Positions 24,012-36,930 of a stretch of 64,000 nucleotides of DNA are shown piece after piece. The stretch lies in NCBI RefSeq assembly GCF_046119375.1, contig NW_027362768.1, positions 14,570,001 through 14,634,000 on the forward strand, in the 5' to 3' direction. Positions within the stretch are counted from its first letter, which is position 1, and the number at the start of each line of letters is the position of its first letter. The notes below the pieces were generated by a model that worked only from the letters and a program-made list of their open reading frames with translations, ran no database searches and was not told the DNA's origin. Source of the stretch: Phyllobates terribilis. Lineage: Eukaryota. A program made the position numbers and the translations under genes.

Positions 24012-27000
24012 AGTGCACAGGACTACTGGCTACTCACCACACTTGTTGATATTCGGGAGGCCAGGGACATTGAGGATTTGAGCATGCCAGGTCCCTCCTC
24101 CAATCCCCCTTGGACCGCATCAGAATGTGTTTAAGAACACCGGCGGTTATTAAGGGTGGTGCATCAGGTGGTGGGTCATCGACTCAGTCAGGTGACCCAT
24201 AGGGACGCGCGTCCCGTGCAAGCCGAGCCTTTCTCCCTGGGGGATAGAGTGTTGGTGAGAATCAAACGATGGTCCGGAAAGCTGAGTGAATGATGGGAGT
24301 TGACTCCGTACCTGGTAAAAAAAAAGGGTGAGCAATGAGATTACAGTCTACGAGGTCGAGCCGGTGGGAACAGGGGGACCAACCCTTAATCTTCATCGTA
24401 ACATGCTACAACAGTGCTGGTTTAAAGATGCGGTCCCCGTTTCCACGGAACCACAGGCCTTGTCCCAAGGGATGGGCATTTCTAATGCTCTTGAATTTAA
24501 TGGTGAGTCTGCCTCTATGCCTGCTTACTTGCCCCCTGCGATCAATCTGTCCCCTTGAGGAGATAGTGTTGAGAATGTGGTATGTCCTTCAGAGAACAGG
24601 GAATCAGGTCAGTTACCTGACCCGGATGATGTGGCACAGGGCGCCACACCTCAGGAGGGAGCAGCCTCATTTGCTCCCTCTGATGATACCGCTGAAAAGA
24701 CTTCTGCCCCCTCGGGGAACGAGCCTGCTGGGGTGGGTCTCAGGAGAACTACTTGAGCTACGGTGGGTATACCCCCACAGCACTATGCACAAGACGACTT
24801 TGATTGAGGAGGTGTGTCAAGGACACCAACCTCTAGTGGTGTGGCATGTGAGAGTGTGAACTATAATAGCAGCAGGAGAACATTAGGACCCTGTGAGTTT
24901 TGCCTGGCTGAGCTCAGAGCAGGGGAAGATCAGGAGACCCTGTGTGTTCTGAGGGTGTCAGCTGTGTGAGACGCTGGATGGGGCATCTGAGGAGAACTAA
25001 GACGACTGAACTGCAACAAGACTCTCTCTCTACAAGCTTTCCTGTGGGGGTTGATAACCCCTGGCCCTGGTGAAGCTGTGTCCCTGCTTAAGAACAAGTG
25101 CTGAGCTGGGGAAAGCTGTGTGGCTCTTTGGAGTTTTGTGGAAGTCCATGCTGAGTGACTAGAGACTTTCTGCTGAAGGAGCCAAGTGTCGAGTGAGAGG
25201 GAAAGAGACTGAGGATATCATCTCTGTGATGGAGCGCGTGGTCAGTAGTCTGGAAAACAGTGAGTGACTGCGAGAGGAGAGAAGGGGTCCGGTGCCATTC
25301 ACATTGAGAGGATACTGACAAGCCTTGTGAAGAGTTCTTCCCAGACCTTAACCTGAGGCTACAGGACTAAAGTCCCCGGTGTGTGGGCTCGGCATCGGCC
25401 GACAAGACAAGGAACCTTTGCTGTTTTTGTGAACGTTGCTTTTTATTTGGCGCAAAGTTTTCCCAGGACTAGCTGCAGCCACCGCGATTCACAGGCCTGT
25501 GATAGACCACATCTGAGGTTAACGGTACCGTAACTTTAAGATACCCGGGTATCCCTATACTAGGGGAAAAAGAGCAATTGGTATAGTTTCATGCATTGTT
25601 ATTGTTAATAGTGGTAGGATTGTACTCAGTGTGCCATCTCAGGGGTCCCTATAGAACACCCTCACTAGATCGACACAGTGTTTAGGTAAAATTGTTCCAG
25701 ATCTTTAGAATAATTCACATAAACTGGAAACCATGAGATTGGCACATTGATTTCAGCTTTTGCTGATTGTATTTAGTAGAGACAGTGTCCCAGGTAGAAC
25801 CTGAGACTGATTCATGCAATACTGAATTTTAGACTAATCCCTGTTTTAATAAAGAAAGTGTTGTTTATTTCTGTCTCTGTCTCAGTTTGTGACTCACTGG
25901 ATCCCTCTCGGACCTCCGGTCATTACAGCAATACTGCAGGTACTATGGCAGCTGATGAAAAAAGAAACTGCATACTCTGCTGTCCTCATCCATTTTTGAT
26001 CTAACACTGAAGATATCAAGGGTGCTAAGGAAAGAAGAGGCTACTCACAATGCTGTCCACCCTCTCTTTCTGTAGGATGAGTTACTGCTGCAATTTGGAA
26101 ATAACCTATACTGTCAAGATATCTCCAGCTCACAACACTGGTGCTTTCTACTGTACATGCTCACAGCCACCAACCTAACAACATTCTAGGACAGGTTTCT
26201 GTCAACGTAACAAGATGGCGGCCATCTTAATTCTAAAGTGATTACTTCCCTGAACAAAATTGATAATTAAAGCTACTGTATTTCCAAAAATATTTGTAAT
26301 TTATATTTTCATTGGTTATTAATTGTTTCTATTCCCAGAGAACTCCTTTAAGAACCTTAAAAGAACCAAGCAAATGTATTATTCCCCTTTTTACTTCTGT
26401 AAGCTGCAAGAAGACTTCTTCTTTCAAGCTAATAAATTTCCACAAAAAAAGTGATCAAAACATATAATACATGGTTGCTGTCTTGAGTCCCGCAAGCAAT
26501 CTGATCATTTCTAACCCTTCCATTGAATCATGCTCATTTTCCTGCCCAGTGAAATGAAAAATCCTGGGAAGCGATGAGAAGATTTCTACTGCTTGACATT
26601 ACCCACCTCTGGTTTATAAAATATCTAAGCTTACTGCCCTGTGCTTCTAAGAATCTCTCTTCCATTCCTAATTGGAGTCTCCAGCTCCATAGGGGCTAAG
26701 ACAGAAATAAAGTTAACTCAGACACAGCGCACCACAATAAGACAGCATATTGCTGCTTATGGCTAGAGCATGTGGATTTACTTTTACATATGTAATTCTG
26801 AAATTAAGTGATTGTCAAATACATTCAGTGAAACATTAACATCCACTAGCCTTTCATCTCTCCTGCCTAGACTTTCCTTATATATCTTAGCATGTAGCAC
26901 CAGCAGGAGTCTTATATTTTCACAAACAAGACATGGACTATATTATGTATATGTCTTCCTGTAATTTATTATATTGTAAAGTAAAATTTACTTATTATAT

Positions 27001-27653
27001 CATTTGACTTTGCCATAGGGTAAACATATTTCTGTTGGGTTCTCAATACTTTGATTTACAGTATAAATACCTAATTATACACAATGGTCTGTTAGTTGAT
27101 GAATTCTAAGTATCGTGTGGGTCTAAAAATTATTTCTTAGGTAGTTATAGGTAGTGTTGAGCCACCCCCGTAGTGTTCGAGTTCGGTTCGGTTCGTCGAA
27201 CACCCGTGTGTTCGCCGAACTGTTCGTCGAACTGTTCGTCGAACACCTTCGAACACCGTTAAAACCAATGGCAGGCAAACAAAAACACATAGAAACACAT
27301 AGAAAACACCTTCAAAGGTGTCCAAAAGCTGACAAACTGCTCAGAAGACATAACTAACACATGGAAAAGTGACAAGTACATATAGTCATGCGAAAAGAAA
27401 AGAGGTGGAGGAGTAAAAGGAGGGGGAGACACAGATATAGGCATGTCATGCCCTTCTAAAATCCAAAAAGTGAGAAGCCGACACGGCCAGTCCGCTCCTG
27501 CCCGTGCCACCTCCGTGTCGCCGGGTTTGTGCCAGAGCCGCGGTGAACCCTGACGGCCAGCCCCCCTCTCCCAATACTGGTGCCTGTCTGCTGGTGGGTC
27601 GAGCGAGCCCCCCTGTGGTGGAGGCAGCTCTAAGCTTTTTAATTTAAATTGTC

Positions 27654-27959
27654 TCTCTAATTTGAATGAATACACTTTAAATCCATTTACAAGGATCTAT
27701 TGGAGGGCAAGTCTCATGCCAGCAGCCGCGTAATTCCAGCTCCAGTAGTGTCCACTAAAGCTGCTGCAGTTAAAAAGCTTTTATAAGGATCGAGCTCGGC
27801 TGTCCACCGCAAGGCATCCTACTGCCAGTCCCAGCCCCTATGCCTTGGGGTGCCTCCTGATGCTCTTCACTGAGTATCCCGTGGTCCTGAAGCATTTCCT
27901 TTGAAAAAATTAAGTGTCCAAACTACAGGTGGTGTAGCTTGCTTAACAGCCGGGATAAT
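27654..27959 (+). pseudogene. Decayed 18S rRNA fragment in hAT copy 2
   Basis: As at 9081-9386. Here it reads ggatctattggagggcaagtct and ggatcgagctcggctgtccaccgcaaggc, slightly closer to the recalled amphibian 18S. Confidence 0.88.
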
Positions 27960-28032
27960 CCGCTGACTAGCAGACACTGCTACTAGGCACAAAGTGTTTC
28001 CTGGGCTAGATGCAGTTAAAAATTTGTAATTA

Positions 28033-29855
28033 GATACTCTCGTTGGATGCTGAGAAAGCATTCCATAGAGTCTCCTGGCACGCCATATATTATTCTCTTA
28101 AAAAGTTTGGGGTAGGGGTCTAGGGGACCCTTTTATAGCCAAAATCACGGGCCTGTATCGCAATACGTAACCTAGGCTGAAGATAAATGGAACTGTAGCA
28201 CCCTGAGGGCTCGGTTGCTACAGAGGTATTGCACCTCACCCAGAGGTGTGATATCTCACTCTCAGGTAAGGATGGAGTGTGGATCAGGACCCGACACCTG
28301 CATGCATTACACCACATTGCCGTGGGGCAGGGCGACCAATATGCCCCTGAGATGGGCCCGACAGTCCCTGTCCCTGGCTGGAGTGGGGGGAGGGAACACT
28401 GAGGAAGGGGAACCCTGTAGTGCAGGAGCAGGGAGGAAGCAGTTCCTGGGTGCATTGAGAAGGGAGTATAAAAGGTGGGCACCATCTTAGTTCAATGCAG
28501 AGAAGTCTGAGCAGAAGTGACAGGGAGCAGGGGCTCTGCATGAGCTCTGCTCCGGAGGCGGGCCTAGTAACAGAGGCCCAGGCCTGGAAGAGGGAGAAGG
28601 AAGGAAGAGGAGCGGAGAAGGCTCCAGGAACGAGGAACGAAGGGATCCCAGGGGTGCGGACGGGCAAGTCGCCACCGCACGCCCGAATCTACCTGCGTGG
28701 AGGGGTCAGGCCAAAGGGGGAGACCGGTCCCCAAAACTAGTGGAGGCGGGAAACGACCCTCAGCTAGAAACCGGAGGCTGTGACATTTTATGTGGTGCAG
28801 CCCCTCGCTACACCCGCTAGGAAGGCACCACATAGGGTCAGGGAAACTGGCGCCAAGTTTACCAAGAGGAGGCCCGAGGCAGCCGGACAGAAGGGTTGGT
28901 AAGAAAGGCCAGACATAGGACACACAAAGGGGGTCCTGTGAAGCGCTCCAAAGTTATCTGGGAGTTGTCTGAAACCCTCACCTGGTGAGCACAGTACGAC
29001 GTGGGCAGCCGTTACCTGCAGACGTGGTCTGGATAATAAGAACTGTGAGTAAAGGCCCTGGACTGCATCACTGACTCCGTGTCGTTACTGCTGCTGCCCT
29101 GCACCATCACCCCCATCCTCCGCATACACTGCCCTGAGGCTATACTCCTCCCGTGGGGAGTTATGCTACGCTCTGCTGCACCCACAACACCAGCCTCAGC
29201 GGTCTGCCCTGCAGCGGCGGTTCACTCTGACCGCAATCCACGGGTGGCGTAGTCGGACATTTAAACATCAAAACCACATAAATAGTTCCGCCACTTGTTT
29301 GACCGCCCTGAGCCACGGAACCGGGTCGCCGCCACGGAGACTACAACCACCAGCATCCACCAAAAAGGGTCCGGCTCAGGGTGTCCCAAGGCCCAGGGGG
29401 CGCGTCAGAACATTTTCATCACCTTTCATAATCACCAATGGGACAAGGCAGGGATGTCCTCTGTCCCCTCTCTTATACATCCTAGTGACGGAGCACCTGC
29501 TCTCATCAATTCGCCATAACCCCAATATTAGGTGGATTGAGGTGGGAGGCACCGAGTACAAGTGCTGTCTATTTGCTGATGATGTCCTAGTATATATCAC
29601 TCAATCACATATATCCATCCCTGCTGTTATGGCTGAAATAGATCACTTTGTTACATGGTCAAATTTTAAAATCAATGCAGCGAAGTCTGAGGCCCTCGAT
29701 GTCTCTCTCCCCAAATCCATACAGGATTCCATCCAGTCCAACTTTCCCTTTGCCTGGCCCTCACAGGGTATCAAATACTTAAGAATTCCTATTCATAGAG
29801 ACCTCTCCCATCTATGTTATCTTAATTTTGGGCCCTTTATTGAACAACTCCATAC
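28033..29855 (+). mobile_element. L1 RT fragment with solo LTR (28194-29407) in hAT copy 2
   Basis: Same GAAC TSD (28190-28193 and 29408-29411). ORF 29299-29898 contains QGCPLSP, FADD and GIKYL. Confidence 0.9.
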
Positions 29856-29929
29856 AGACCACGGGTGGCAAGTTAGAACTGTAAGATTCACTACGTGAAC
29901 CACTGGTGTTTTGTGGAAAAGCACATGTA

Positions 29930-31290
29930 CACTGTGTTCCAAATTATTATGCAAAAAGTGTTTAGGAGTGATAAGGGAAGAATTTGTTTGTTTGTCAGTT
30001 AAACTCATTGATGGTGATGTGTGTCAGGGCTCTTTATATCACTGTAAGCAATTGCAGACACCTGTGCTAATTAGTTTGGCAGGTGTGTCCAATGAAAGGC
30101 AAGACTACTTAAGAAGGCTGTCCCACATTATTAAGCAGCCTACATTTTCTGCCAAAATGGGAAAGAAAAAGGATGTATCGGCTGCTGAGAACAACAAATT
30201 GTGGAGTGTTTAGGTCAAGGCATGACTACAATTAACATTGTGCGATGATCAGGATGAAGTGTCTTGGCAATCAAGAAGTATGTAGCTGATTCACAGTACA
30301 CACGTGTGCGTGCTGATAAGGGCAAATTGAGGACTCTTTCCTACAGGCAATTACGTCAGGTTAAAAGAGCAGCGGCAAAAAAGCCTTGTCATAGCAGCAG
30401 ATAAGTTTTTGAAGCTGCTGGTGCCTCCAACGTCCCCCGAACAACAAGATGCAGGGTCCTTCAGAGGTTTGCAGCTGTGCATACGCCATCCTGTCGACCT
30501 CCTCTATCCACTTCACACAAGCAGAAACGGCTCCAGTGGGCCAAACATTACATGAAGACTGATTTCAAAACTGTTTTGTTCACGGATGAGTGCCGTGCAA
30601 CGCTCGATGGTCCAGATGGATGGAGTGGAGGATGGCTGGTTGATGGACACCCCACGCAAACACGGCTACAGCGCCAACAAGGAGGAGGTGGAGTAATGTT
30701 TTGGGCTGGAATCATGGGGAGAGAGATTTCGGCCCCTTTCGGATCCCTGAAGGGGTAAAGATGAACTCCATAATGTATGTGGAGTTTCTCAAACAGCACT
30801 TCCTGCCATGGTTCAAGAAGAAGAACCGTGTATTCCACAGCAAGATCATTTTTATGCATGATAATGCACCGTCTCATGCTGCACATAACACATCTGCATC
30901 TCTGGCTGATATGGGCATAAAAAGGGACAAACTTATGGTGTGACCCCCATGCTCCCCTGACCTCTACCCCATTCAGAACCTCTGGAGCATCATCAAAAGG
31001 AGTGTCTATGATGGTGGGAGGCAGTTCACATCTAAGCAACAGCTCTGGGAGGGTATTCTGTCCTCATGCAAAACAATTGAAGCAGAAACCATCCAAAACC
31101 TGACAAATTCAATGGACGAGAGAGTTCAGAAGCTCCTTTCGAACAAGGGGTCCTATGTGCAAATGTAACTTCACCTAGAATAAAGTTTTGAGTTGAAAAC
31201 TGTTTGATTTCAGTTTCTAATAACCTGCTAATGTTTATAATTTCAAAAATGACCATTTTTTTGGTCTTTATTAAAATGAAAAGGTTGATC
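29930..31290 (+). mobile_element. Truncated Tc1 in hAT copy 2
   Basis: TA|cactgtgttccaaattattatgcaaa. ORF pieces contain FTDEC and MHDNAPSH. Confidence 0.87.
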
Positions 31291-31625
31291 GAAGAGTGTG
31301 GGGGATCTAAGAGTGTGGCAACCCAGTAGTCAGGATTACTTCGAATTCTGACAATCTGAGGGTCATGTTGCAGGTAGTGCAGCAAGAAGGCACTCATGTG
31401 TCTTGCGCATCTCGGAGCCCCAAAATTATTTTCCGGGCTAGATGCAGCTAAAAATTATTAATAATTTTAAATCTGGTGGAGCTTAGTATAGATGGCCTAA
31501 TAGAATCAGTACTGCACACTGCTACAAAGCCCAAATTATTTTCCAGCCAAGATACAGATAAACATGATTAGTAATTTGAAAGCTTAAAATGGTTGGTGAG
31601 GTGATTTTAACCAATCATCAAGCTT

Positions 31626-34600
31626 TTACTCTCCCCAGGATGACACAGGGGTAGAAAAGTCATTTCGGATCCATGATTTGTTCATCTTTATAAACGTGAG
31701 TCTGTCTACATTATCAGTGGAGAGCCACGTGCGCTTATCTGTCAGCACACCACCAGCAGCGCTGAACACACGTTCAGACAGAACGCTGGCTGCGGGGCAT
31801 GACAAGATCTCCAAGGCGTAAGTGGCTAGCTCTGGCCATTTATCCAGATTGGAAGCCCAAAAAGAGCAAAGGTCCAGTGACACAGTCATGGCTTCAATGT
31901 TTACTTGGAAATACTCCTGTACCATCGTCTCTAGGCGTTGACTATGTGTCAGACTTCTTGTCTCCTGTGGCCTTGCAAAGGATGGGCTAAAAAAGTGGTG
32001 AAATGATTCCGCAAAATTGATGTTACCAGCAGATACTGTGTTTCTGTTATGGTTTGAGTGCTGAACACTCGACGGTCCCACGGTTGGCAAGTTGGAACTG
32101 TGAGATTCAGTACGTGCACCGCTGGTGTTTTGTGGAAAAGCACATGTAAGATTCTGCAACAGTCTCTGCTGATACTCCTGCATGCGTGCATCCCTTTCTA
32201 TGGCAGGAATATTTTCTGCAAATTTACTTTTGTACCGGGGATCTAACAGTGTGGCAACCCAGTAGTCAGGATTATTTCTAATTATCACAATTCGAGGGTC
32301 ATGTTGCAGGTAGTGCAGCAAAAAGGCACTCATGTGTGTTGGGCATCCAGGAGCACCAAGTCCCTGTTGTGTTGGTGGCGAGGTAACAATCATGCTTCCT
32401 TCCTCTGTCCTCTCCCCCCAACCTCGCACAACAGAAATGTGATCAAGGTCTCCCTCATCTGATGAGTCTTCCATCAGTTCGTCCTCCACTTCTTCCTGGG
32501 CTCCTGCACCTTCCTCACTAGTTTGGCTGCTACCATGCGCCCTGGTAAAACCATCTCCCCCACCCTCACATGCCTGCCGTCTTGGTGCTGCTGACCGTCT
32601 GGACCTTGCAGATGTTAGCCCTTCCGCATACAACTCCTCCTCCTCTACTTCCTCCACCTCCTCTTGTGCCACCACCTGACTCCGAATTCTGTTTAACATG
32701 TGCTCCAGCATGTAAATCACCGGAATAGTCATGCTGATAATGGCATCGTCAGCACTAAACATCTTCGTCGCCATTTCAAAACTGTGCAGAAGGGTGCATA
32801 GGTCCCTGATCTGAGACCACTCCTCCAGCGTGATTTGCCCCACCTCTGGATCTCGTTGGCCCAGGCTATACGTCAGAACGTATTGCACCAGGGCTGCCAC
32901 AGTCGCTGCAACATGTGCAGAGTTGAATTCCACCGAGTAGGCACATCGCATTTTAGCCGGTGAAGTGGCAGGCCCAACGACTTCTGTAGAGATGTAAGTC
33001 GCTGAGCTGCGGGATGCGAACGGCAGAAGTGAGCACACAGCGACCGTGCCCTCTGCAGAAGGCCATCTAGTCCGGGATAGTTGGCTAAAAATTGCTGGAC
33101 AACCAGGTTCAACACGTGAGCCATACAAGGCACGTGTGTGACATTGCCCCGATGAAGGGCCGCACCCAGGTTTGCAGCATTGTCGCACACGGCCTTCCCT
33201 GGTTTCAGGTCCAGTGGAGACAACCATTCATGAAATTGGTGCTCCAGAGCTGACCACAACTCCTCAGCTGTGTGACTCACATTTCCCAGACATTTCAAAG
33301 TAAAAACCGCCTGATGACGTTGAGCCCTACTGCCAGCATAGTAAGGAGGTATGCAGGATCCCTTCTGCGCAGTTAGAAAGCTTGTGGCATGACCAGACAG
33401 GTTTTGGGTGCAGGTGGAGGACCGAGAGGAGGTTGAGGAGGCAAAAGCAGTGGAGGAACTTTGAGATAAAGAGGATTGACGCACAACTTGTGGGGACGGC
33501 AAGACTTGGACAGCAGCCCCTTGTCCTGCTGTCACCATAGTTACCCAGTGCCCAGTCAGCGACATGTAACGCCCCTGTCCATGCCTACTCATCCAAGTGT
33601 CTGTGGTGAAATGCACCCTGTCACACACAGAGTTTCTCAAAGAAGCGGTGATGTTGTGTGCGACATGCTGGTGGAGCGCAGGCACACCTTTCTTTGAGAA
33701 GTATTGCCGACTGGGCATCTGGTACTGGGGCACTGCGACGGACATAAGGTCTCGAAAATCCTCTGTGTCCACCAGGCGGAAAGGCAGCATTTCTGTAGCC
33801 AAGAGCTTGCAGATGGTGAAATTCAACCTCTTAGCTTTCTCATGGCTAGGAGGAAATGGTCTTTTACTTGTCCACATCTGAGGGACCGCGGGCTGGCTAT
33901 TGTGCTTAGACGGGGTTGATAAGGGTGTCCCCGGCAAACTGCCGGTCTGTGAGGAAGATGCAGGCGGACATGTTAGGTTGCCTTGATCCAAAGGTGGTAC
34001 TATCGATGTCGGACAGCGCCCAACACCAGCTGGTGTTACCACCTCCAAAGAAAATGATGACCTGCCAATCACGCTGGCTGTTGCGGGTAAAGAGGTGGCA
34101 GGTCTGCGCCCCAAAACAGGTGTGACTGCTGTCCCCCCAGTCACAGAGGATGAAGAGGATGCGGATGCACAAGATATGGCAGATGGTGGTTGGCCCGGAC
34201 GGCTAGGCCACATTGTAGCACAGTGAGCTTCCCACTGCAACTTATGCTTCATGTCCATGTGCCGGTTCATGCATGAAGTACTCAAACTATGTATTTTTTG
34301 GCCTCTACTTAGCTTTTGCTGACAAATGTTACAGATAACACGAGTTGGGTCATCTTTATCGATCTGAAAAAATGCCCAGGCTATGGAAGGCTTAGCACCC
34401 ATGCGACCTGAAGAGCCACCACGACTTGTGGTGAGAGGCAGAGTTGTGTTTGAGGATGCAGTTGTTGACGTGCTTCCAGTACTACGTCTCTGTCCAGGAA
34501 GGCGCAACCTGACCTCGTCGTCACTAGCATTCTCCTCCACCTCCTCTGCTGACCTCATCTCTTGGCTGACTGTGGGTTGACAGTAAGTGGGATCTCCAAC

Positions 34601-35317
34601 CTCATCATCATCACCCTGTGCGTTATCACACCCGTCGTCCTCAGAGCCAACCTGTTCCTGCCCTGACAAAAAACTAAAGTTGTCGCTCCAATCAGGTATT
34701 TGAGTCTCATCATCATCTTCCTTATTGTCTCCACCAACAGGAGTTACAGTTTGGGAATGAGGGTCTACATTATGGTCAGAACCTTCAGCGTCTGGTCCTG
34801 GATCCGACTCATAAAGATTCTGGGCATCAGTGCAGATCATTTCCTCGTCTGGATTCACAGAAGCACTGGAGCCGACCTCTGATTCCCAGGCTATAGTATG
34901 AGTAAACATCTCTGCAGACTCAACCATCTGTTCTACCTCATACTCAGACGGGCAGCTGGAGATTTGGGAGCTGTGAGGAAGCAAGTGCGATTGGGGTGAC
35001 ACCTTTGAGGACTGGAGTATTTGTGATGTTGAAGTTGATGTGGAGGAGAGCCCACTTAAAGGAACACTTGATATCCGTTGAAGCACCTGCTGTTTTTGTG
35101 CCTCATCTGGAATTTGTAGCGATTGGCGTGGCCGTAAGAAAGGGATCTTATCACATTGTCCGCTAAAAGAAGTAGACATTTTAGTTTGGCTGGAAGATGG
35201 TCTTTCTTCTGCAGATGTTACTGTTGCTTTAACACCTATCCCACGGACACAACCTTTTTTCCCCTTCCCAACACACCTATTCCCCTTTCCACCAGCAGCA
35301 GGCCTTTTTCCACTCAT
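31626..35317 (-). pseudogene. hAT transposase, frameshifted
   Basis: A 10-bp deletion (tgtcggtgct, present at 14323-14332 in copy 1) at ~32895 splits the frame into an 814-aa ORF and a downstream ORF. Confidence 0.92.
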
Positions 35318-35429
35318 TTTGGTGGTTAACTAATTCACAACTCTGGAGTTGTTTGCACAAAAAAACAATGGATGGGAACCGAGTAGAGCTGAGTGGCCAA
35401 ACTGTGGTATTAGGCCAAAACTATTGGCT

Positions 35430-36930
35430 GGGTTAGATGCAGAAAAAAATTATATTCAATTTGCAACCTGATGGAGGTCAGTATAGATGGACTAATAGAA
35501 CAAGTCCCACACACTGCTAGAAGTCCAAATATTTTTTCAGAGGTAGATGCAGAAAAAAATTATATTCAGTTTGCAACCTGATGGAGGTCAGTATAGAGGG
35601 ACTAATAGACCAAGTCCCACACACTGCTAGAAGCCCAAATATTTTTTCAGAGCTAGATGCAGAAAAAAATTGTATTCAATTTGCAACCTGATGGAGGTCA
35701 GTATAGATTGACTAATAGAACAAGTCCCACACACAGCTAGAAGCCCAAATATTTTTTCAGAGGTAGATGCAGAAAAAAATTATATTCAGTTTGCAACCTG
35801 ATGGAGGTCAGTATAGATGGACTAGTAGAACAAGTCCCACACACTGCTAGAAGGACAAATATTTTTTCAGAGCTAGATGGAGAAAAAAATTATTTTCAAT
35901 TTGCAACCAGATGGAGGTCAGTATAGATGGACTAATAGAACAAGTCCCAAACACTGCTAGAAGGCCAAATATTTTTTCAGAGCTAGATGCAGACAAAAAA
36001 TTATTTTTAATTTGCAACCTGATGGAGGTCAGTATAGATGGACTAATAGAACAAGTCCCACACACTGCTAGAAGGCCAAATATTTTTTCAGAGCTAGATG
36101 CAGATAAAAATTATTTTTAATTTGCAACCTGATGGAGGTCAGTATAGATGGACTAATAGAACAAGTCCCACACACTGCTAGAAGGCCAAATATTTTTTCA
36201 GAGCTAGATGCATATAAAAATTATTTTTAATTTGCAACCTGATGGAGGTCAGTATAGATGGACTAATAGAACAAGTCCCACACACTGCTAGAAGCCCAAA
36301 TATTTTTTCAGAGCTAGATGCAGATAAAAATTATTTTTAATTTGCAACCTGATGGAGGTCAGTATAGATGGACTAATAGAACAAGTCCCATACACTGCTA
36401 GAAGGCCAAATATTTTTTCAGAGCTAGATGCAGATAAAAAATATTTTTAATTTGCAACCTGATGGAGGTCAGTATAGATGGACTAATAGAACAAGTCCCA
36501 TACACTGCTAGAAGGCCAAATATTTTTTCAGAGCTAGATGCAGACAAAAAAATATTTTTAATTTGCAACCTGATGGAGGTCAGTATAGATGGACTAATAG
36601 ACCAAGTCCCACACACTGCTAGAAGGCCAAATATTTTTTCAGAGCTAGATGCAGACAAAAAAATATTTTTAATTTGCAACCTGATGGAGGTCAGTATAGA
36701 TCGACTAATAGAACAAGTCCCACACACTGCTAGAAGCCCAAATATTTTTTCAGAGCTAGATGCAGACAAAAAATTAATTTGAATTTGCAACCTGATGGAG
36801 GTCAGTATAGATGGACTAGTAGAACAAGTCCCACACACTGCTAGAAGGACAAATATTTTTTCAGATCTAGATGCAGAAAAAAATTATATTCAATTTGCAA
36901 CCTTATGGAGGTCAGTATAGATGGACTAAT
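35430..36930. repeat. 110/111-bp tandem array (~14 units) in hAT copy 2
   Basis: gcaacc recurs from 35463 to 36897 at 110 or 111 bp spacing. Confidence 0.96.

Larger units (their letters stand above)
7676..25927 (+). mobile_element. Full-length decayed Ty3/Gypsy LTR retrotransposon with an 11-kb hAT inserted in its 5' LTR
   Basis: 5' LTR is 7676-8578 plus 19601-19744; 3' LTR is 24847-25927. Both have TG...CA ends. 4-bp TSD GCAA at 7672-7675 and 25928-25931. PBS, gag, PR, RT, RNase H and integrase are in Gypsy order. Confidence 0.93.
3744..26347. mobile_element. TTAA-flanked (T2/Kolobok-like) MITE, ~1.3 kb native length, expanded to 22.6 kb by nested insertions
   Basis: TTAA at 3740-3743 and 26348-26351. 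Left TIR aggggttctctgagaataggaaaacaa matches the reverse complement of the right end (aggagttctctgggaatagaaacaa). Imperfect inverted homology continues ~200 bp inward (ttagaattgaaatggtcctatcttgtta vs ttagaattaagatggccgccatcttgtta). Confidence 0.7.

Noticed and set aside
35847-36838. Repetitive ORFs (MEVSIDGLIEQVP..., MCGTCSISPSILTS...)
   Set aside because: They arise only where satellite units are 111 bp (37 codons) and are absent from the 110-bp array in copy 1.
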